A DNA stretch of 64,000 nt from assembly GCA_016748015.1 (NCBI GenBank), contig JAAOMT010000512.1, forward strand, positions 1,560,893 to 1,624,892. The letters run 5' to 3'. Shown here one piece after another: positions 51,609-64,000 of the stretch (position 1 is the first letter of the stretch; each line of letters starts with the position of its first letter). Both the position numbers and the translations under genes were made by a program. The DNA comes from Geosiphon pyriformis uo1. Taxonomy: Eukaryota > Fungi > Glomeromycota. The notes below the pieces were generated by a model that did no database searches, was not told the origin of the DNA, and saw only the letters and a list, made by a program, of their open reading frames with translations.

Positions 51609-52366
51609 TATGATAAAGGATAAAAAGCCATACGAAATGGCTTTGGGAAAGCAATTAAGAAGGAAAAATGAAGACGCGTGAATAAAAAAATTGTATTAAT
51701 GAACGTTTTTGCACAAGCTTTTTAGATCTTTATTGTTTATAAAGAAGGGTTTAAAACTTTTTAGAAAAAAATGTGAGTTTTTGAAATTTAAATCTATATA
51801 TATATATATAATTCTTTTCAAAAAAATTTATTTAAATAATGAACACTGGGTATTATATATATATGTATGTAAAAAAAAAAAAAAAAAAAGGTTTAAGAAA
51901 TAATGGCGAACAAAAAGTTTTAGAGTATCTTGAGAGTTTTTTTTGTCGGAGATTTATACCAAGTTAAAATTTTTTTTTTAATTTTTTTTAATTTTTTTTT
52001 CACCAGTACTAACTCCGATCACAAACCGGCAGTTTCCCAATGTTTTGAATAAATATTGGGGAAAATTTTTATAAATCTTTTTATTGGTTCACACACCAAT
52101 GACAAAAAATTGATCAGAGAGATATGAGATAAGGGTTACATGCATCATGTAGTTTTTAGCCCATTACAATATTCGTTTAGATACACACACACACACACAT
52201 CATAAAAAGGGGATTATCATATAAATGAAAATTTAAACCTTTTTAAGGTTATTTGTGGTAAAAAAAAAAAAAATGAAAGCGATCCATATTAAACCGGAAG
52301 CAACATGCTCTTTATCCGCAAGATTTGTAAAAGTTTGGGAATGAACTCCAAAAGTTGAAATTATTT

Positions 52367-52402
<36 letters not shown>

Positions 52403-52599
52403 TGTTATTAAATTTTTTTATTGAAAAGAGGTCAAAATATCCAATTTGATTCAAAAAATAATATCTTTCTCACCGGAATGAATATTCCTTTATCAGGTAT
52501 TTTCATTTTCATTTTCATTTTTGAGAATTCTTTTAAAGGGAAAATTATCAATTAATTTTTCTTTTTTTTTTCTTTTTTTTTTTTAAAAAAAAAAATTAG

Positions 52600-53151
52600 T
52601 GATAGTTGAAAGGATTGGACCAACTTTTATTACTCTAGAAGGTATTAATATTAAAGACAATATAGAAATCAAAGAAATTATGTTTAACTCCAAATAATTT
52701 CTTTATTAAAATATCCTCGAGGTAATTTTTTTTTTTAATCAAAAATTGTTAACGAGTTTTTATTGGTATTTTTAATTTAAAAATATATTTTTAATTTATA
52801 TTTTAGGAGCACGTAAAGTTAATAAAAATTCAATAATGGATTTAAAAGGACATATTGAACCTATGGTGACATAACTTCAATTAATAAAATTCGTACCTAC
52901 AACGAATTTTGGTAGAATCATTAGAAGTCACTAAATCATTAAGCATCTACCGTGATTCACGAAAATTATTATTTACAATGTTGAGCCCGGGAAACGAGAG
53001 ATATTATGGATTGGAGAATCAAGAAGAAGAAAAAGAAGAAGAAGAAGAAGAAAAGGAAGAAGAAGAAGAAGAAAAGGAAGAAGAAGAAGAAGAAAAGAAA
53101 AAAAGTGAAGCAAAAATTAACTTGTTGGCTTTTTATTCTTTTGAGGTAAAA

Positions 53152-53214
<63 letters not shown>

Positions 53215-53900
53215 ATAGATAAATAAATAGATAAATGATCTATTTAAAAAAACTACTCTATTATTAAAAGATTCACAATTTTTTAAGTAATCAAGACCTC
53301 GACTGATTTTGCATATCTTTCCATTAAGATTAATTCCAAGTTCTGATAAATGCAGGGTGAAAAAGATTTGGAATTTTTTTTTTGTTCAAATTCTATTTTA
53401 TCCATAAAATTTTATTTTATTTTATTTTATTTCATCAATTCTAATTAATATATACAGGTAGAAATATATGGAGAACCAAGAAATTTAGCGACAGCCAAAA
53501 ATTCTCAATGGGTTCGGTAAGATTAATCTTTTATAAAAGAAAAAGAAAAAGAAAAAGAAAAAGAAAAATTGAGAAATAAATAAAAAATTAATTTAATTTT
53601 CTTTTCTTTAATATGATTAGAGATCGTAAAATTTTGGAGAATACAATAAATCCTGGATTCAATAAAGTTCTTTTATCTGATTCACAAACTCAAAATATTT
53701 ATAAAGGTTTTAAGTTCAAAATTTTTCAATTTGTTCTCTTGGGAACTATAATGAAAATTGTTATAATGATTTGTGTAAAGGAATAATATTGATCTTCAAT
53801 ATTGGTTTCCTAACATTGCTAACATTGATCAATGGAGAAGGAACTTTTATAACGAATTAAGTTTTAAAACTTTTTATTATTTCTTATTGATTTAATTAAG
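52600..53900 (+). pseudogene. Possible decayed multi-exon gene interrupted by microsatellites; product unidentified
   Basis: Short exon-like blocks with AG/GT edges (e.g. 53458-53516, 53621-53706) but with stops and frameshifts. Confidence 0.3.
53022..53236. repeat. (GAA)n followed by (TAAA)n microsatellites
   Basis: Direct observation. Confidence 0.9.
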
Positions 53901-54369
53901 GTAATAAATCTATAATTATTTATTATCAAATCACAAATTTTTTTCTAAATAAAATCAATGCTAATAAACAAACAAACAAACAAACAAACAAACAAATAAA
54001 CAAACAAACATATATATATAAATATATATAAATATATATTTTTCTTTCAATAATTATTGGAAATTTTTTTAAACCTTTGGTAAAATTACCATCTCATAAT
54101 AATAATAATATTATTATTATTATCAAAAATTTAAGAAAAAGAAGTTGAGAAAGAAATTTTATAAATTCAAAAGTGTTTTTTATCCCATTTATTTTATTTT
54201 GGTGATCTGTATCATATTGCTCTTAATTGTAAACTGTGCAACCTTACTTGCATGAAAAATATGTACAGACAATTGAATTGTGAAAGTATTGATCAATATA
54301 AAAAAAAAATTTATCTTTATTAAAATGCAAGATTTTCACAAATCCTGGTAATACGGATATTACATGTGA

Positions 54370-54550
54370 GGATTTCCTTACCAAAGATGCAAGAATTTCC
54401 TTACCAAAATTATTCAAGGATTCCCTTACCAGATCCAAAAGAATATCCTTACCAGATCCAAAAGAATATCCTTACCAAAATATCAAAGAATTTCCTTACC
54501 AAAGATGCAAAAATTTATTTTTACCAAAAATCCTCAAGAACTTCCTTAAA
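54370..54550. repeat. Minisatellite of ~23-26-bp units with core TTCCTTACCA(A/G)A
   Basis: About 7-8 degenerate units. Confidence 0.8.
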
Positions 54551-55430
54551 TTCAACAACGATACTAGGCGCTTTCATTTATGTATTGTCACCATACCCGA
54601 GTTCATCAATGTCGATCTATGATGGATGAGCCAATCTGGGTGTAAAAGTATTGTTGACACAACATCCATCGTTACCCGCTTAAAAAAAAAAACCTCAGTA
54701 TCAAGTGGGTCATCATAATCATCAGACTATTTTGAAAACAGCAACAGTAATCATATATTTAATAATAATTATTTCACTTCACCCTTTTTAATATATAACC
54801 ACCACCCCTATTACTACTAATACTAATATACTAATACCACGACTATTCCATCTCTTAAAAAAACAAAAGGGAAAAAATACCTCCTTCTTCCTTGTTTTCC
54901 CGTTTCCTGTTGTTCATACTTGTGTGACCCCAAGAGTTCATGTTCTTCATCGTAAACACTAAACCACGCATACCTTTTATACTACCACTACCACTACTAC
55001 CACTACTACTACCAACACCACCTCCACCAACACTAACACCACTACCATCCTCCTTATTAAAATTCGTTCAGCTCGATTGTTAACAGCAGCCACTATTTAT
55101 ACAAAAAAAAACAAAAACAAAAACAAAAACAAAATCCATCCTCTTTATTTTTACCTTTCTTTTTATCCACCTCCTCTGTTACCAAACTTCCTTAACAAAA
55201 ATCATAACTGCTGATCCTAACATCAAACTTGCACGAATTAGATTAGCACATGATTCAACTACCTTTCTCAAAAATAAATCTCTAAAGGGCTTGATAAGTT
55301 CATATATATAATCAATTCATTTCCCTTTTGTAGAATCATTTATTTCGATATATATATTACATATATAAACACACATATAATCAACGAGGTTGGACGTACT
55401 CCTTTCGCCCTATTTCGAGATTCACCCAGT

Positions 55431-55731
55431 ATGTCTACACAAGTTAGTTCACCAAACGCTTTTGGGGAAGGTTATCAGCCAACTCCTCTGGCTGAAACTG
55501 AAACACTTCAAAGGGTAAGAACAAATTTTTCTCCTTAATATCGATCCAAGTGTTATTTTATCAATTGTTCCTCAAAAATCTCTAACAAATATTTCAACCC
55601 AAGAATTATTTGAAACTATATTATCTATCAGTGTATTTTTAAAGTTTTCAATTGCTTGCTTCGCTCTTTTCCGTAAGATTTATTATTTCCTTTATAATTA
55701 AAAGAAAAATAACTTAACAATTTTTCGTTTT

Positions 55732-55795
<64 letters not shown>

Positions 55796-58700
55796 AGGGG
55801 CAATATGATGCTTTGAGATCCCAACTTCGTCAGCTCTTTGAGCAGTTCGATACCGGAAAATCAGGAAGAATTGCTTCTAAATACTTATTTCCAATGATTG
55901 AACGTTTCGAGGCAAATCAACCAAATAGCTTGCTAAAAGATGAGACCAGACCCATATTTCAAAACTGGTGTGAAACTAATGCTGATATCGAGATTTCTGT
56001 CGATGAAGTTCTTCAACTAGTCGCACAATTACAACCCTCCCTTCCAACCAACAAATCCCTTTTGCCTTCATCAACACAAACTACATCACCCGAACCTTCT
56101 CCATTGGCCGGTAGACAGAGAACTACTCCGATAACAAAATTTGGCTCTGTTAGAAGTAACTGGAAGAACATTTCTCCGGCCCAAAATCTTGGGCAAAGAG
56201 ATTCCCCCATAAATGCCATACCTTCGGAACATGACAGTATAAATGTTGAGCAAGACAAATTGCCAACTCAATTAGTACGAGTCTTTTTCTTTTTTTTTTT
56301 TTCTTCAATTTAAGACATAGTTCACTTTCATTTGAATGCCAGATTTTCTTATTCAATCCTGATATTTCGCACAGAATAATCAACATACCAAAATGACCTC
56401 TCCTCGAATGAATCTGGTATATGGAAGCTCCAGGACATCTTTACAACATGATCAAATCATTAATGACCCCGTGACAGACTCTTCAAATAATGAGGAAAAC
56501 GATGAGGAATCTTTTGAAGGGAGCGGAGAAATTGAAAAGGTGACTTCAATTTTTAATTTATTACATGAAAAATTGGGCTGAAAGAAATGATAATTCTGTA
56601 TATCATTTTAATTAATAAATTTTTCTCCCTTGTTCTTGTTTCTCGTTAAAAAGCATTCCCTAATAAATAATCCGGTAGAACTTGAGCAACTAAACCGTCT
56701 TTACCATAATACCTCTGACTTGGCTAAAAGACTCAAAGAATCAGAACGAAACTTAGCGAACGTAGCTCGTCAACATGAGGATCGTATTGAAGAACTTCAA
56801 CATAAGTTGGAGGAAACAAAGCAAGATTTGATACAAAGAAAGCGTGAAATTCAAGATCACAAGAGTAAAGAAAAGACTAATTTGCATCAGATATCCGCTG
56901 TACGAATGGCTCCTTTGATTTTTTGCATCATCACTTTCCAATTCATTCGCTAGCTATAACTTATACGAACATATTATTTTTCAAAAGCTTGAATCAGAAA
57001 TTCTAAAAGTGGGAAAAAGTTTATCTGGGCAAAAGCAAATGTATACTCAGCTAAAAAAACAGTACGAAGCTCAATGTGGTATTTTTATCACTTTAATTTT
57101 ATTATCAAACTCTATTTCTTTTTTTTTTTGATTAAAATAAAATAATATTTTATCAAATTTTTTTTTACAGCCGAAGCGGAAAATTTGAAGAATACTGTAA
57201 AAATAAAGGAAGTAGAATTGGCTAATCATGAAAGAAATCTTAATACCTTTGCCACCGAATCAAAAAAGGTAAATGGCTATCAATTTTTTTTTCCATATTT
57301 CCAAAGGAGGATTGCTCGACTTTATCTTTTCTTGTTATCTCAAGTGGATGGAAGAACGTCAAAAGTTGGAAAGGGCACTGATGAAATTGGAAAGTGATGT
57401 AGCGAGTGCTCAAGCATCTGAGGTTGAGCTAGAAGAACAAAAAAATGAAAATGTCCATCTTAAGGCCACGATTGATAAATTGAATAGGGACTTGCAAGAA
57501 ATAAGAGAATCTAATAACAATGGTGTCAAAAAATATCCTTTTTTTTTTTTTTTAAGAATTCAATTCTTCCTTTTTAAAGGCCTTTGGGTCTAACGTTTTT
57601 TTATAACGATGAAAATCGTTTAAAGTTTTGAATCAAGTCATGTTTGACATCCTTAGCATAATCTTACTGAATTCGATGATTCAGAGGTCTGGAATTTTAA
57701 GGTTTTCTGTTGTTCTTGATCATTATTCTGTTTGCCTTACAGTCACAACGTACGAGGAGAATGACCCTGAAATGTGCTATTGTACAGAATCTACGCTCAG
57801 AGTTGACCGAGACTGCGCGACGATCGATGGATGAGGAAGCAAGTTCTGATTCAAACAATGAGGAGGCTGAAATGAGGGGGGAGCCCCGAAGTACAAAGGT
57901 ATTTTGACTCCTTTAATTAAAAGCTCACGTCGACCGATTATGTTGGTCATTGATACACATCTGGTCATTATTCATGAAAAAGACATATCGACTTCGACCA
58001 ATTGTTTCATCTAATGGCGATCTCATCAATGATGCACAGTTGTCCCTGCATCCTCATGAACTTGAACATGCCACGCGTAAGCAACAGAATCGTCCCACCC
58101 GCAGGCAAGTGGCAGACGGAAACTCTGCTACACGGAATAATATAAATATTGAAAATCAATATCATGTTTTATCTTCCGAGCTTGGGGCTCAATACGCTAT
58201 AATTGAAAATATACTGAGAAGTCAGCAACAGCAAGTACCATCCTCGCACGAAAAACGAGATAGGCAAATTAGAAGTGGGGGTGATGATAAAACAGACGCA
58301 TCACGAAATACGGGGAGATTAACGAGAAAGCCGACGCGTCCTCGGAAACGAGGAGGTGAGAATGGACTTCAAATTTTCGGTTTGGTTACTGTTTTTGTTT
58401 ATGTTTTTTTCCTAATATAATTGTGCTTATGATTTTGCCATCATAGTAGTGACACCGATTCCGGATTCAGAGGTAATTTCAATTGATCCTTGAAAGATTT
58501 TCACAAACTTTGTTTCCACAGGCTCTAAACATTTTTTAACGTCCTTTTATGAACAAAGCCTATTTCCCATTCAGAAATCCAAAATACACCACCGTCAAGA
58601 GCTCTTGTTCCACGAAGTAGTAACATGGGGGTATCTCAACAGAATGCCGTTAACAGCACTGTAACATTTGCTCTATATACTCTGGTGATATACTTATTCG

Positions 58701-58873
58701 GTATAATTACTTCGGTATTCGTTCTTGATAACAACACAGGTACTAATGGTGGATATGGAGAATGGGGGTATGACTCGGCGCGCGAGGACAGTGTAATGAC
58801 GCGTTCATTTCAAATTATTTTTTATTGGATTGAAACATTACTGGATGACGGAAACAACATTGTTCCAACATAA
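55431..58873 (+). CDS. EF-hand / coiled-coil / C-terminal TM protein, KASH-like (Kms1/KASH5 architecture)
   Basis: Exons 55431-55514, 55798-56274, 56375-56539, 56654-56899, 56988-57078, 57171-57268, 57345-57532, 57668-57686, 57743-57898, 57983-58355, 58447-58472 and 58559-58873 splice in frame. FDTGKSGRI EF-hand-like loop, heptad region, TM TFALYTLVIYLFGIITSVFVL, C-terminus ...IVPT. Confidence 0.8.
57533..57667 (+). other. U12-type AT-AC intron
   Basis: Donor ATATCCTTT, branch-like TCCTTAGC at 57650-57657, AC acceptor; removing it restores the reading frame. Confidence 0.82.
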
Positions 58874-59519
58874 CAATCGTTGAGAATATAGTTAGGACTC
58901 GGTTTCGGGACTTTAGACTTTTTTCTTCATCTCTTCTCATAAGTAGACGATAATTATCATATCTATGTCGTTTTTTCAGCCCTTACAAAAAATCTTCCTT
59001 ATTCTTTTTCGCCCATTCATCATCATCATCTTCTTCTTCACTTTCAATTTTTATTCTGTAATATTTAGAAGTATAGGCGTATTGATGCTTTATTTCCTAG
59101 CCCTGTTTATTCGCTTTTGTATCATAAATTGTTTGAGTTTTTGCATCTCTATTTACTGATCTTTGATCTTTGATTGATCTTTTTTATCTGCAGTACACCC
59201 TTCCACCTTTTTTTTTTTTTTTTTTACCATTATTGGTGATTTGATTACCTTTCACTTTTTTCTCCATTCTTCACTCTTTTACCAATTTTGGACCATATTC
59301 ATTGTTTTAAATTTATAAGGGTATCTATACAATTTAGAGTCTTTTGAAAACGTGACCGCTCTGACCAAAATCTACCACCCACATTTCTATAATCCTTTTG
59401 GCATTTGTAATGGCTAAATGATAATGACAGAGAGTCAAGGAAAGGAAGCTTTATTGTTATATGAAGATGGCTGCTTGCTTTGATTAAAAATTGCATGATA
59501 AGCTTTGCCGATTTCTATC

Positions 59520-59608
<89 letters not shown>
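59520..59608. repeat. (CAT)n microsatellite, ~29 units
   Basis: Direct observation. Confidence 0.95.
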
Positions 59609-59609
<1 letters not shown>

Positions 59610-60412
59610 GGATCATCATCATAATATTCGATTCCGTAAGCCGAGATGCGTCTTTATATTGTTTTCGATTTGCGTACGGGTGAACATTGAAATGATTTCC
59701 TTAGAATATTATTGCCTTTTCCTAGTATTTGGCGACTGGTTATTCTGATTACTTGCAGATGAACATCATTATATCACACTATGAAATAGGCATTGACTCG
59801 GAATTTTATCGATGATTGCAATATGATGAAAGATTGGGGTCTGCCTTTTGGCTTCCGGCCGATAATTAAACCATCCACATGTGTCCTTTAGAATCTTGCA
59901 CTGACCAACTTGGTCGAAATATCGCATAAAAAAGCTCTGAAGTGAACTAATTTCGAACCATGGGTTTTTATATAATATATATATTAAAGAAATTTTGATA
60001 TTTCCACTATCCATAAAACCTGTAATTGTATATTCCTTACGTAATGTATCGTTTGAAATTTATTATTGGGAACATTAATTTATTATACAAACTAAATAAA
60101 TTAGGTTAGGATTCATAAAAGTTCACAATTTCAAAAAGCGACACTGCAAGAATTTCTCTTTGACGAGCCAGATTCCATTAATGATGATCAAAAATTCCAA
60201 AGATCGAGAAAGGCCAAAGATTTTCATGATTTATAGACCCTAACAGATATTCTCTTGCATATTGCCCCGTCACACAATCGAGCGTAAAGGAAAATAAAAG
60301 TTAATATCGCATATAATTTGTGGATAGAAATTAATAATAACCATGAAAAGCAGATTATCTTTATTGGACTCATACGGTCGAAAATGGTTTGTCATTTCAC
60401 GACTGTCAAAAA

Positions 60413-61608
60413 TCAACCAACATCTTTCTTCCGAAGAAATTGTCGCAAAAAAAAACTCGCCACTTTATCCAACCAATAAATGTCAATTTCAGCATTTTTC
60501 CAACAATTTGTAGAACATAACCGAACCAACAAAGGGATGCATTTGTTTTGCAATAGTTCACTGTGCCAAATCACGAATACAACTTCTGGCTCAAAGAATA
60601 TCCCACCACATAAGACGCATCTATTCGTTTTCATCGCGTGAGAAACTCGCGAAAAAAGGTTTACTGGGATCTCGAGGTTCCTGGAAAGAAGTGGAAATAA
60701 ATTCGCCGAGGTACATTGACGTGCGGCAAGATCCAAAAGTGCTGATGGATGATTGTTTCGACGAATCAGAAGATATGAAGGTGATGTCGCTGTTTGCATT
60801 TGATAAAAATCTGTCGAGTCTGAAGAAGAGGATAATGGCATGACAAAAGGATTTGGATTTATATTAAGGATTTTGAGGTTTGGTAGGCCAAGAATTTCTA
60901 AGGGAAGTGAAGTCTAAAACATAATAATTAGATTGCTTTCTACATTGTATTTTCAAGTTATAAAAGAATTAAACATTGAGGAAAGAACTCACCAAAAGAT
61001 TATTGCCAACGGATAATTCTACCAAGTTCTTTAGGGAATGAATATCAGGTGGAAGAAATTTCAATTTATTATTTCCTATTAATGATGAAGTCCAGATGGT
61101 AGAAATTAATTGTTTTGGTAATTACACTTCAAGTTTTCATTGTACTTGATAACTCACTTAAACTCAAGACTTTCAAATTATTTAACTGCCATAACCACTG
61201 TGGAAGCTTAGTTAGTTTGTTAGAGGCTAAAAACAACTCCAGGGACTTATTAGATACCCCTGTTTGTTCAAGCATAACATGATATCGAAGCTCGGCAAGT
61301 TCGATAGGTAATTCACGTAGTTGAAGATTTGATAGATCCACATAATGATATCCGTTTTCAATGGTATTCTGTATGAGTTTTATGGCTTTAGCGGCAGGCT
61401 TCTGAAGAGCCTCGTTATTAACCTCAACAATAGAAGAATGGCAAGTCTGGGACTCTAGTTTTTCGGTTGTTGAGAAATGATTCCTGGTTTCCCTGGACAA
61501 GATTGAAGGGAAACAACTACTGCTATTGGGGGGAACCCTTGGGTCTCTGGAAGCCAACTTTGTAAGTGATTTATTGCAAATTTGAGTGAGTTTTGCGACA
61601 AAAGCCAA
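60413..61608 (-). CDS. Leucine-rich-repeat protein with BC-box-like and Cys-rich C-terminus (LRRC58/LRRC28-like); 5' end unresolved
   Basis: LRRs VDLSNLQLRELP, LFLASNKLTKLP, LSVGNNLL/TSLP across GT-AG introns; SALLDLAAR; CVLC...RLCSTNC. Confidence 0.75.
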
Positions 61609-62120
61609 CTATAGGAAGATAAAAAATTGGCTGCTTAAGTTTTGCGAGGAATAAGGACAATGAAGGAACTCTTCCTCGGTTTGGACTTTTGAATCAAAAG
61701 ACACATATGTTCAAAATGAAGAGTTTTATTTACATGGTTCAAGCTATAATTTTACAAAAGAACTTTTGAATATATCGATTCCAAATCCGTAATTGTAATG
61801 ACGATTAGAGTTTAATATTATAAACGTTATTATGGAAAAAAATTTTTAATGTTTATTTATTAATATTAAAAATAGTTGGAATTACGGATCAAAAACGTGA
61901 TCTGTTCCGGAAAAACATAAATTCTTTTTGCCATGCTCTCACGCGACTTCCATCTTTGTCAGCATTAAACTTTTTAATTAATGGAAAATTCCAAGGGAGC
62001 TGTTGATAAAATTTGATCCGATATCTTTTTACCGTGTAGATCTCTAGAAATTTTCTACATATAAAGTTGGCCTTGATGAAATGTCGGACCATTAAACCTT
62101 CACGAAATTTTTATTCTACA

Positions 62121-62907
62121 ATGACTACCACTATCTATGTTCCCCGTGAATACGGATATGTGAGCTTATGTTAAATATTACATTCTTTTCAAGTTTTACC
62201 ACTTCATAAGTAAATTTTTTTTCATCTTACAGGTAATCGCCACCGGAATCGCTACCGCCTTTTTAAGCACCTATCTTGGCATTAAGGTAACAGGGTTCAG
62301 AAAAGAGGCTGGTGTACCATATCCGTATCGTAAGTATAAGTAAAAGGGTTAAAGACACAAAATTCAAAAATTTTCATAAACAACGTCTTTTTAACTTGGT
62401 TGATTTTGAATGTAGTTTACGCTGAAAAATCTGAGGCTGAAAAAGACGTAAAGAAACATACATTCAATTGCTATCAACGCGCCCATCAGGTTTTTATTTT
62501 TTATTGAATGTTTGCTATAATTTGAATCACAATGGCTCAAAACTTTTATCTTATACTGCGGAAATTGTCAAATTAATGTGACTATTTGTTATTACCATAG
62601 AATATGCTGGAAAGTTATCCACAGACCTTATTTATGTTTGTATATCTTTGATTGAGGACATTTTTTGATATTTTTTCTTTGAAACTAAATCGTTTAATTT
62701 TTCAAAAGGCTTGCTGTTGGGGGAATCCGATACCCGATAATCGCATCAATCGGTGGTCTAATCTGGATCGCGGGTCGAATAGCGTATGCAAATGGTTATT
62801 ATTCTGGTGAACCGCAGAAACGTTCGCATGGTAGATTTGGCTATTTGGGCGTGATTACGTTATTGGGTGTCAGCATCGCTACTTCTGTCAATCTTTTGTT
62901 TGGCTAA
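62121..62907 (+). CDS. MAPEG family microsomal glutathione S-transferase (MGST3-like); 5 exons
   Basis: Exons 62121-62159, 62233-62329, 62416-62489, 62601-62635, 62709-62907; RKEAGVPYP, FNCYQRAHQNMLE, GRIAYANGY. Confidence 0.9.
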
Positions 62908-63219
62908 TTGATCAGTCGATTTTCGTGATTCAATTTCTTAATGTCAGTTATTTTAATACAATATGGAAATTTTCGACATTCCTTAATAACGATATTATCG
63001 AGCAATTTGCAGAATATGTCTATTAGCAAACACCCACATTTAATGAAGAAAATAATTCTTATACTTGGTGAAAAATAGTGGGTCGATTTCAAGATAATAA
63101 TTCGATAACTGTTTTTAATGTGATGTCCAGTCATTATTAATGAAACATAGGGAAATGCTAAAAGGTTTATAGTTCAGAATTGTATGTAGTAACTCAATGC
63201 CTTTTGTGAATAATAAAAT

Positions 63220-64000
63220 CTACTCAAGGATTTGCGTAATGACACCTAGAGTTTTTAAAATATATTATTTGATCAATCAAAATAATTTATACGTGAATTT
63301 CCCAAGTCAATAAAAAACAAAAGAATCACCTACCCGTTCCAACTGTTTTACCACCTTCTCGTACTGTGAACCGCAATCCGGGCTCAATAGCCATATCGTG
63401 CACAAGCTCACATTTAAGCGTAACATTGTCCCCAGGCATCACCAATTTCTCTTGTGCATTTTCTGTGCCTTCTGGATGCGAGAGCACCACAGTAACATCC
63501 GAAGTTCGGAAAAACATTTGAGGTCTATATGATTGCATGAACGGTGTATGTCTTCCACCTTCCTCTTTCGTCAACACGTACATTTGTGCTAAAAATTTTT
63601 TATGTGATTTCACAGTTCCCGGAGCACAAAGGACTTGTCCTCTTCGGATTTGTTCACGTTTCACACCACGCAATAATGCACCCATATTATCACCAGCCAT
63701 TCCTTTATCCAGCTCTTTATGAAACATTTCAACGCCAGTAAGGGTAGTTTTCAAAGTTGGACCCATACCAACAATCTCAACTTCTTGACCTTTAAGACAT
63801 GTACCTCGTTCAACTCGACCAGTGGCAACAGTACCGCGACCAGAGATGGAAAATACATCTGAAAAATAAAAAAGTAAGAATAAATTCTAATGATATCGAT
63901 TTGATTCTTATCTATATACCTTCAACCGGCATTAAAAATGGTTTATCGAAATCTCTCAGCGGGGTTGGTATATGTGAGTCGACAGCATCCATTAATTTCC
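63220..64000 (-). CDS. TUF1: Mitochondrial elongation factor Tu (3' part; runs off the window)
   Basis: [53 protein letters not shown]; spliceosomal introns; last exon VITQILE*. Confidence 0.95.

Noticed and set aside
54366-54629. Repetitive ORF, and ATATCCTT as a U12 donor
   Set aside because: Both derive from the minisatellite; no exon context.
59480-59748. Poly-His and poly-Ile ORFs
   Set aside because: Translation artefacts of the (CAT)n microsatellite.
63220-64000. Bacterial (endosymbiont or HGT) EF-Tu
   Set aside because: Contains spliceosomal introns; consistent with nuclear-encoded mitochondrial EF-Tu.

Overview
Eukaryotic, intron-rich, very AT-rich fungal DNA. The retroelement families, A-rich acceptors and a U12 AT-AC intron suggest Glomeromycotina/Geosiphon-like Mucoromycota (inference only). 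Bases 1-38.2 kb are one nest of Ty3/Gypsy LTR retrotransposons. An old, heavily decayed minus-strand element (H), which carries a dUTPase between protease and RT, hosts: four copies of a second family (B, C, D, E), two solo LTRs of that family (F, G), and the 3' end plus a solo LTR of a third family (A, A'). Junctions can be read from 4-bp target-site duplications, mostly ATAT. The B-E family is unusually organised: gag, a -1 slippery site U UUA AAC, pol (PR, Cys/Trp insert, RT, RH, IN-GPF, no chromodomain), and a conserved 218-codon non-Env third ORF running into the 3' LTR. It also has a 12-bp U3 repeat array, a structured U5, a PBS for elongator tRNA-Met plus two U5 boxes complementary to that tRNA's anticodon arm, and an internal copy of the PPT. 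At 40.1-47.0 kb lies a full-length decayed LINE with RNase H and a 10-bp TSD. At 47.9-64 kb are host genes: a damaged acyl-protein thioesterase, PTC7-type PP2C, an EF-hand/coiled-coil/KASH-like protein with an AT-AC intron, an LRR/BC-box protein, a MAPEG GST and mitochondrial EF-Tu (partial). All calls were made by eye, without database searches.
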